From Hydrolagus colliei (lineage: Eukaryota), in the NCBI GenBank assembly GCA_035084275.1, contig CM068771.1:992001-1056000 (forward strand): 64,000 nt of DNA, in the 5' to 3' direction. The translations under genes were made by a program, and so were the position numbers. The notes under the pieces were generated by a model. The model saw nothing but the letters and a program-made list of their open reading frames with translations, was not told the origin of the DNA and did not search any database. This document shows, piece after piece, positions 54,849-64,000 of the stretch (positions within the stretch are counted from its first letter, which is position 1; each line of letters opens with the position of its first letter).

Positions 54849-57800
54849 CTAAACGTGGTTATGTGAATGGCGCAATAAGCGAGTAATGGGGTAAGTCAAG
54901 ATGGATTTCAGGCAGTTCCTGAATCGGTTCTGGGTCACGCCATAGATGAACGTGTTGGAACAGGAGCTGAGGTACTGCAGCATGTAACTCACTTCCTCAG
55001 CGATGGTGAAAGGGCTGCTGTAGTTGGACTGTGTGATCTCCGCCTCTGTCACCATAGCAAACATGTAGGTTACCATATAAGTGAGCCACAGCAACACGAA
55101 GGAACCCGAGATAGTAAAGAGAAGGATTATAGATTTCTGCCGAGTTTCTATCTCCTCGTCCTTCCCGTTAGCAGCCCCCCTTAGACGCTGGCGAACCCTG
55201 CTGGCCATGAGCACCTGTCTGATGGTCAGAGAATTGAAGAGAAGAATGAGGAAGAAGGGAAGCAGTGGATTTACAATCAGGTCAAAGAAGGCAAAGACCC
55301 TCCATCCAAGAGCAGTATAACAGCTGGGCTTCAAAGTGCAGAACCAGGGTTGCGCATTGATCATCATCCTCGGTTCGTACATAAAATAGATGGGGATATT
55401 CTCCAAGCATAAAAATACACAGATTGTCCAGATAACCAGGCCCGCTGTCCTCTCAGTGCAGTACTCGGTTTTGAGATTTGGGCAGCAGATGGCAATGAAG
55501 CGGTCGAAGGTGAAGGCCATGGTCAGCCAGACGGAGGATTCAGTGATGATGAAGCGCAGCACAAGGTGTACTCGGCACACGGGAGTGAGGAACAAGGGCA
55601 AGTGCGGCAGGTGGAGCTGAAGAGTCTTCCTCAGGATCACGCAATTGAATATGACCAGCAGATCAGCAACAGCCATTGTGACCAGGTAGCGGGTGACACA
55701 TTTGGAGAGTCCACACATTCCCTGAGACAGGACCACAATGGTCAGTGCGATCGCTGCAGGAAAGTCAAAACACAATCATATAATTTCTAGCTGTGGGAAT
55801 ATGAATGATACCGGCTCAAATTTTATCATGACGGTCATCAATAATAATATATAATAATAGTTTGATCATTTTGAGATGTCACTTAGATGTCTCAAAAATG
55901 ATAAGATGCATAGATTATTCATAGAATATTACATAGAATAATAACAATAATATTAATACTCACCTGATATCGCACTCTAATATTAATTGTTGGCAATTGA
56001 TATGGTGTAGCAAGTCGATCAGAATTCTTAAAATGATAAGCTTCACAAATTATTAATAGAATATTACATAGAATATTACAGCACAACATGAGGCCATTTG
56101 GGTTATTGTGCCTGTGTCGGATAATCCATACATTAAAGTGACTTTTTTTGTGAATGCCAGCAGATAATTGAGCAAACAGTGAGCTCAAGACAGTCATGCA
56201 TTGTGTGACTATTTGTGCTGGTTGAATAGTATGGCTGGAGAAGTGATCCACTAATATCCAGGCTCCAATTCATCGCCAGACAAAATGAGGAATGTGGACT
56301 ATTGAAGCACAGCTGTTGCCCTATCTGGGAATTAAACCGGATCACCTCACTTTCAAGTGAGTACTCTAACCACTGCACTCCAGGATTTGTTCAAACAATC
56401 TATCAGAGTCAATAGTGGCTAGTAAGACTGACCTGTTAGACAGATTCCAAATTCAGGACAGTCAGCAGTAATCTAAGGCACTGCTGATGGAAAACCAATA
56501 ACCTGGCTTATCAAAATAATTTGGGAAGAAAGAAATTCGATCTGGCTTTGTTTCCAAACTGAAAATGATTGAGCGAGAAGCTTGAAAGACAGAGATCTAC
56601 TTGGCAACATATTGTACTCAATCAATTGGGTTAAACAATGACAAGCATCGACGGCAACATCTGGGTTTCAACAATCTTTGAGACATTCCAAATAGCATAA
56701 AAACTATAAAAATAAATAACTGGGCCAACTGCGTCAAGTGAGATAATTTCACTTCATTCCAGATGCTGAGAAATTTCCATGTGTAGGGAATAGGTTATCT
56801 ATGTGGACCTCTATTTGATTTAGAAATTCTAAAGCACTTGAGAAGTATTCACTAGTGACAGATACCCCACACAACAAAATCACATTCAGAAGGTGGAGCA
56901 TTTCAGAAATACATCCTGGATCGGATCCTCACATTTCTAGAGACTACAACCCACAGTCTTCCCATTGTAGCAGTAAACTGCTTCTTAAACACATCACAAC
57001 ATGGCAGTTTCCACCTTCCTTTATGTGGCAATCCAATCCCCAATTCTGTTTTAATCAACATTCTGGTTTTCAGTTTGAATTTCATGACATGAACCTGCAT
57101 CTTGTTCAAGTGCTATTCACTAGTGACAGATACCCCACACAACAAAATCACATTCAGAAGGTGGAGCATTTCAGAAATACATCCTGGATCGGATCCTCTC
57201 ATTTCTAGAGACTACAACCCACAGTCTTCCCATTGTAGCAGTAAACTGCTTCTTAAACACATCACAACATGGCAGTTTCCACCTTCCTTTATGTGGCAAT
57301 CCAATCCCCAATTCTGTTTTAATCAACATTCTGGTTTTCAGTTTGAATTTCATGACATGAACCTGCATCTTGTGTTACCCTAAAAGTATTGATCCTTGTT
57401 TCCTTTCTCAACACCAGATAACATACTTAGCATAACTACAGAACATACTTTACATATTTTAAAGATACATTATTTCATTTTATATCAAGTACTTCATAAG
57501 TGTTCAGAGAGTGCAACTCATTGAGTAACTTATCCACTCAACTCCACAATGCAGCTTATTCATTGTTAATAATTACAAGAGGTATCATGTGATATTTAAT
57601 GTGCACATGAACACACACTAACAGGTCTTGGTTAAACATCTCAATTAAAGGATGGAAACCAGGGCAGTGCAGCACTCACCACATCTGCAACTTCTTCCAC
57701 TATCAACCATGGATTTTGAATTAAAATTCTCAAAATGGGGTTTGCACCCAGCAATTCTGATGATAAACTCTCATCTCGTTGGATGAAAAAGAAAACAAAT

Positions 57801-59379
57801 TATAATTGTGGTCCACCTGGCCAGTCCTCCCTATATCTCTCTCTTTACACATATAATACCATATTTATCCTCCCCTGCTTAAGTTATTAGCAGGTAAATC
57901 AATGATTAATACCCTGTTGATTACTCAACTGGTACAATTAATGAGCAGTTTGTTCTGCAATAATATTAGTAACGCTTGCATTCAATGCCATGTCTTATCA
58001 CATTTCTGAGATGCCACAAAGCAATTGACAGATGTAAATTGGTTGTATATTTTGCAGGAAAAACTAGACAGCTAATAGAGCACAACAATGACTGCTATAC
58101 AGCCATGGAATGAGTAACAAAATAATTATTGTAACTATTGTTTTTGAAGACATTATTGCAAGTAGAAAATTGGTCCTCAATTTGTCTAACAAACAGTTTC
58201 CTACTTACTGCTAGTCAAGCAGAGGGTTTGCAGCAATGAAACTTGCCCAACATTCTGTCTTGGCGTGGAGATTTTACACCTAGAAAATCGATCCACTGTA
58301 GCTCAGTAGTTAGAGCCCATACCTTACAAGAGAGAAATCTGGGTTCCATTCCAGGCATGTCAGTGCCAAGATTCTTTACTTCACACGCCTAATAATAATC
58401 CATCAAAACAATAATCACAGAATTATAGAATTTTACAGCTCAAAAGGAGGCCATTCGCCCATCTAGTCTGTGCCGACACTTTGAAAAATGCCACTCAATC
58501 GCACTGCCCAGCTCTCTCCCCATAACCTAACAGATCTGTTCTCCCTAAATAAAGATCTAATTCTCTTTTAAAAGCTGTTAAGGAATCGGCCTCCAACACC
58601 TTTTCAGGCAATGCATTCCAGAGTCCAACAACCCACTGAGTGAATAACTTTCTCCTCAGCTCCGCTGTGCTTCGTTTTGAAACTATTTTAAATCTGTGAC
58701 CACGAGTCACAGATTCGCCCACCAGTGGAAACAGTTTTTCCTTATTCACCTTGTAAAATCCCCTCATGATTTTCTAAAGCTCTAGTAGGTCTACTCTCAA
58801 CCTTCTGTGTTCTAAAGCGAATAAACCCAGCCTATGTAGCCTTTCCTCATAACTGAAGTCCCTCAATCCTGGTACCATTCTAGTAAACCTTCTTAACACC
58901 TTTTCCAATGCCTTAACATTCTTTCTATAGTGTGGTGACCAGAATTGGACACAGTACTCCAGCTGAGGTCTAACCAAAGTAAATTGGTCATTTCAATCCA
59001 CATCTCTTTCTGGGATAGTTGATGTATGATCTTATGAATTATGAATTCTTGTAGCAGAATATAATGGTTTTGCTCCAGTGACAATGTCATCCGAAATGTA
59101 AATTGTGTTTAATTTTGTGACAGCACCTGGTGATTTTGCGGCTGGGTTGTCAACTACTTTCTGTGTACATTCACTTGCATTTGATCCTCAATCTACTAGT
59201 CATTACATCAGTTTACCTTCTGAAGGCAAACACACGCTATTTCCAGTTGTCGAGCTACAGGTGTGGATCAACAAGACATGTCTGTAGACAAGCGAATCAC
59301 CTTCCAACAACGTACCAGGGAAGCCAATTATTCCCAGTGTAGGGTAAAACACCTTTTCTACTTCTATTATTCCCATCAT
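54849..59379 (-). CDS. Orphan class A GPCR (GPR139-like family) copy B, join(59379-59316,55753-54849), 322 aa
   Basis: Exon 1 [21 protein letters not shown] with phase-1 donor G|gtacgt; exon 2 acceptor cctgcag|; 7 TM segments, [29 protein letters not shown]; AATAAA at 54608-54603. Confidence 0.88.
56846..57373. repeat. 260-bp direct tandem duplication (56846-57105 and 57114-57373)
   Basis: One mismatch seen between copies (cctcacatt vs cctctcatt); 8-nt spacer. Confidence 0.95.
58420..58980 (-). mobile_element. CR1 LINE 3' fragment in the GPCR copy B intron
   Basis: [30 protein letters not shown] and CR1 tail. Confidence 0.9.
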
Positions 59380-59463
59380 TGTCAAGCTGTGCTGGCTTCT
59401 GCTGACACTGTTCTGCTGCTGAATGATGAGAACCGCCTCTAACCCTTCATAATCGTTCAGCCC

Positions 59464-59546
59464 TTTTTATACCTGAGAGTCAGCTCCGCTGGGACAGCGA
59501 TTGCGCAAGGATTAAATCATCTGAACAAACAACAAGCGCAACCAAT
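59464..59546 (-). promoter_or_regulatory. Promoter of GPCR copy B: TATAAAAA (59471-59464), C/EBP-like ATTGCGCAAG (59500-59509), CCAAT (59542-59546)
   Basis: Motifs in plausible order and spacing about 90-170 nt upstream of the ATG. Confidence 0.5.
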
Positions 59547-59884
59547 GTCAGGCTATTCTGCAGCAAATACATGTTTTTATGAACAGTAGCAATAAACAGA
59601 GGAGTAAATACTCTGGACTCCATTCTCTCCCAGCTACATAGAAGTTACTCTCAAACTGCACCTGACCTCTGGGCAGTTGTTTGGAGTACTGTACACTGTC
59701 CAGGATAGAAACCAGGTTACGCAATTGCAAACAATGTCCTGCTGCAGATTCCTGTTGGGTGGGAGTCTTTAAGTATGTGTGTTACTGCGTGTTTGTGTGT
59801 AAGTGAAACTCTGGTAAGGAGAGGTCAAGCACAGTTAATAGTAATAATATTAGTAATCTGTATACACGTTATCATAATTATTAT

Positions 59885-60745
59885 GCTCTTAGACACGCTC
59901 ACACTTGGTGACTTCATCCGCAGACATGGGGTTATCTTCCAAGTGTATGCGGATGACACCCAACTCTTTCTCTCTGCCTCTAACCTTGACTTCAGGACTA
60001 CTACTGTCCTGACAGACACTCTGTCAGACAACAAGCCATGGATGAGAGCTAAGTTTCTGCAGCTGAATGTCAACAAAATCGAGGCCTTACTGATGGGCAC
60101 ATGCCAATGCCTCCTTGCATCAGACGCTGGCCACATAAACCTCCATGGTTGCACACTCAACCTCACCAAGCCAGTCAGGAACCTAGGTGTCTTATTCGAC
60201 CCTCAACTATCTCTCCTCCCTCACATCAAAGCAATGACTCGCTCTGCCTTTTCCCACCTCTGCAACATTTACTGACTCCACCATTACCTCAATATTAAAG
60301 CTGCTGAAACCCTCATCCATGCCTTCATTACATCGTGGCTCCATTATGCAAATGAAGGTCGGGCTCCCCAACTCCTCCCTCCACAGGCTGCAGTTAATCC
60401 AATACTCTGCAGCCCATGTCCTCTACCGTTCCAAACTTCATGACCCACCTCTCCCATCCTTGCGACTGCATTGACTCCCCATCATCTAGAGGATCCAATT
60501 CAATATCCACAACCTCACCCCACCCTACATCTGTGACCTTCTATCACCTTATCAACCTGCCCTACCCGTCCACTCAGCAGACTCTGGCCTGCTCCATGTC
60601 CCCTGACCCACCTGTCTAACCAATGGCGGGCAAGCCTTCAGTTACTCAGCCTGTCCTTGGCTTGTGTCTGATACAGTAACCTGACCAGATCCTTGGGACA
60701 ACCTCCTTATGTGAAAGGCACTATACAAACATAATTATGTTGTTT
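59885..60745 (+). mobile_element. L2 RT 3' fragment
   Basis: LGDFIRRHGVIFQVYADDTQLFLS (YADD), NFLQLN-like, VRNLGVLFD, L2 tail. Confidence 0.85.
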
Positions 60746-60937
60746 TCGTTGATGATTATTAGAACATAAGAATACAAGAACATAAGAACTTCAGAAGCAG
60801 GTGTAGGCCAATCGACCCTTTGAGCCTGCCCCGCCATTCAATCATGGCTGATATTCCATTCTAACTCGAGCTACCTGCCTTATCCCATACCCCTTAATCC
60901 CTTTATCAATGAGAAATCTATCTATCTCAGTCTTGCA

Positions 60938-62485
60938 TATAGATTCATAGATTCATAGATTCATAGAATTTTACGGCACAAAAGGAGGCCATTCGGCCCA
61001 TCTAGTCTGTGCCGGCTCTTTGAAAAGAGCGATTCAATCCCACTGCCCTGCCCGCTCCCCATAGCCTAATAGACCTGTTCTCCCTAAATAAAGATCTAAT
61101 TCACTTTCAAAAGTTATTATCGAATCAGCCTCCACCAACTTTTCAGGCAATGCATTCCAGAGTCGAACAACTCGCTGAGTGAAAAAAATTCTCCTCAGCT
61201 CCCCTCTACTTTGCCTTGAAACTATTTTAAATCTGTGACCACGAGTCACAGATTCACCCACGAGTGGAAATAGTTTTTCTCTATTTGCCCTGTCGAAACC
61301 CCTCATGATCTTATAAACCTCTATTAGGTCTCCCCTCAATCTTCTCTGCTCCAGAGAGAATAACCCTAGCCTATCTAGCCTCTCCTCATAGCTGAAGTCC
61401 CTCAATCCTGGCACCATCCTAGTAAATCTTCATTGTACCTTTTCCAATGCCTTCACATCCTTTCTGTAGTGTGGTGACCAGAATTGAACACAGTATTCCA
61501 GCTGAGGCCTCACCAAAGTCTTATAGAGGTTAGTCAGCACTTCCTGACTTTTGTACTCTATACCCCTATTTATAAAGCCTAGTATCCCATATGCCTTCTT
61601 AACAGCCTTGTCTACCTGTCCTGCCACCTTCAACAAGTCATTAACACAAATCCCCAGGTCTTTCTGTTCCTTCACACCATTTAAAATTGTACTATCTAGC
61701 CTATATTGCCTCCCTTCATTTCTTCTCCCAAAATGCATCACCTCACACTTCTCTGCATTAAACTTCATCTGCCATGTGTCTGTCCACTTTACCAATTTGT
61801 CTATATCCTCTTTTACGCCATGGGCCTTTAATTTCATAATAAGTCTCTCATGTGGCACTTTGTCAAATGCCTTTTGAAAGTCCATGTAAACTATGATAAT
61901 GGTCCATGATAATGGTAACTGCGCTACCATTATCCACCCATTCCGTTACCTCATCAAAAAATTCTATCAGATTTGCCTTTAACAAGATTTGCGTTTAACA
62001 AATCCATGTTGACTGTCCTTTATTAGCCGATATCTTTCTAAGTGAAGATCTACCTTGTCCCTGATTATGGACTCTAGAAGTTTGCCCACTACCGACGTTA
62101 GACTGACTGGTCTGTAGTTACCAGGTTTGTCCTTCTGCCCCTTTTTATACAAGGGAGTAACATTAGCTATCCTCCAGTCCTCTGGCACGACCCCTGTGTC
62201 CAAGGAAGATTGAAAGATCGTGGCCAGAGTCCCTGCTATTTGCTCCCGTGCCTCACTTAGTAACCTAGGGTGCATCCCATCCGGACCAGGTGACTTATCC
62301 ACCTTGAGCAACGTCAACGTTTTTGGAACTTCCTCTCTGGTTATAATTATTCTATCCATTTCTCCTACCCTCTCCTCTAATACCATGGCATTGGCTGTAT
62401 CCTTTTCTTTTGTGAAGACAGAGGCGAAGTACTCATTCAGTACATCAGCCATGCCCTCTGCCTCCACAATGAGATTTCCTCCTGT
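60938..62485 (-). mobile_element. CR1 LINE 3' half with internal deletions and an (AATCTATG)n tail
   Basis: ORFs 61979-62467, 61430-61930 and 61034-61417 are CR1 ORF2; the 8-bp tail repeat is at about 60938-60970. Confidence 0.93.
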
Positions 62486-62489
62486 TCAA

Positions 62490-62935
62490 GGACTGAGCAT
62501 CAATAGCCCTTTGGAGTAAAGAATTCCATACATTCACAACTCTCTAAGCGAATAATTTTTTTTCTCAACTCACTGTGAAAGGGCTGACCCCTAACTTGAA
62601 GACTGTGACACCAGGTTTTATTTTCTCCAAACTGGGGAAGCAATCTCCCACTATATACTTTGTCGTGCCCCTTAACAATCTTATAGGTTTCTATAAGATC
62701 TCCTGTAATTCTTCTATATTCCAGAGAATATAAACTCAATTAGTCAACCTATCATTATAACTCATCCCCCTCATTGCAGTACTAATGTAGTAAACCCGCA
62801 CTGCACTCCCTCCAAGGCAAGTACATCATTTCTTAAATAAGAAGACCAAAACTGCACATAGTTTTCCAGGTGCGGTTACAATAGGGCCATATACACCTGT
62901 AGCAAGACTTCCCTACTCTTTTACTCTTACCATTT
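62490..62935 (-). mobile_element. Older CR1-like ORF2 C-terminal fragment
   Basis: LYSLEYRRITGDLIETYKIVKG. Confidence 0.7.
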
Positions 62936-64000
62936 CATAATGAAAGCTAACATATCACTAGTAATAAGAGTTAATAATAAGTATTAGTAATAAGTACTAA
63001 TGATCAGTTGGGTGTCCATCCCACTACGGACAGCAACACATTATGAAGAGGTAGACCAATCGGGTGAAAGTTCGATCATTAATTTATTATTCTGAATAAC
63101 AGATGCAAACAGCAAATGAGTGACAGAGTGCTGCTCCAACCATACTTTGTAAAGCCACAGCCTCACCACTAAACTCCAAATGTAAGATGGTACTTGCACA
63201 GTCGTGGGATTCTGGGAGTTTGGGGGAAAATGAGTAAATGCGATACAAAATACGTTCCTTCAATTTAGCAAACTGGCTGATCAGGCTTCCTCTCATTCCA
63301 AGAGGGGATGAATTCTTCACAAATAATGAGCTCCACGATGTGAGAAGTCTGGCAGTTTCTGTTGTTTGTCCCCTTACCAGGGAACATGGTCTAAACCAAC
63401 AATGGTTGTTAAAAAGCAGTAGGACAGATTGATGCACATTGTGTTACCATTCCTGTGACAGTGTAGGTCTCTGTGTGTGCTACTTCACGACTCACTCTTT
63501 GCGTGTCTGTGTCATTATAAGGGGAGCTGGAAAATGAAGAGTGAGACGACGAGCTCTGGACAGGGAAAGGAGGATCTGAAAGACCAGAATTTGGAATGAA
63601 AGATAGAGATTCAATTCACAGGGATACGTCATGACCACCATCAGAAACAGTGTCCTAAACAATCACCCATTGACACTGACCAGGCTCTGAGCAGGTGGTA
63701 GGCTCAGTGGCTGGGCTCTGTAATGGTGTGAAGGTGCTGAATAACAGTATCCCCAATGCTTATCACACTTGCATCATAAGTGAGAGCCTTTTAGTTCGAT
63801 TCTCATACAATGTGATAATGTTGGGCTTTAATAATGATAATAACCCTGAAAAATTGTCATCCCCAAATAATTGTCTACTTCTTTATTGAAATAGTTATTG
63901 ATTTAGCTTCCGACACCCATACAGACAATTCTTTCTTTGCGTGAAAACATCACTCCTCACCTACTTTCTGTTTAACACCTAATTTAAATCAGTATTTGTT

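Noticed and set aside
56560-56800. Possible L1/Tx1-like RT remnant (IISLDA on the minus strand)
   Set aside because: Too short and degenerate to support by eye.
63060-64000. Small ORFs near the right end of the window
   Set aside because: No recognisable domain, no convincing splice-site pairs and no homology elsewhere in the window.
1-64000. Strand bias of retroelements
   Set aside because: The large CR1 pieces are on the minus strand, but smaller CR1, L2 and SINE copies occur on both strands, and the numbers are too small to claim a bias.

Overview
Repeat-rich vertebrate genomic DNA, almost certainly from a cartilaginous fish. This is inferred from the shark-type GPR139-like GPCRs, an A33-like TRIM and the repeat families; a chimaera such as Callorhinchus is plausible but not provable from the window. 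Exon structures were built by hand from GT-AG sites and phase continuity. Four intact multi-exon genes lie on the minus strand: (1) a 7-exon, 351-aa non-classical MHC class I heavy chain (CDS 14752 to 4407) that has lost 7 of the 8 canonical peptide-anchoring residues, has a hydrophobic groove floor and has a cytoplasmic tail built from a duplicated 33-nt exon; (2) a complete 9-exon, 407-aa leupaxin (35693 to 24468); (3, 4) two tandem 2-exon orphan class A GPCRs of the shark-expanded GPR139-like family (51435 to 45595 and 59379 to 54849). Between leupaxin and the MHC gene are a 5'-truncated, frameshifted MHC class I pseudogene (alpha3, TM and cytoplasmic exons) and an inverted remnant of its intron sequence. 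A frameshifted TRIM (RING/B-box) pseudogene lies on the plus strand at about 38170-38490. The rest is CR1 and L2 LINE fragments, tRNA-derived SINEs, Penelope-like termini with minimal hammerhead-ribozyme-like motifs, MITEs, a Gypsy integrase relic, mini/microsatellites and two assembly gaps. Most ORFs in the supplied track are artefacts of simple repeats or transposon fragments. Repeat boundaries are approximate.
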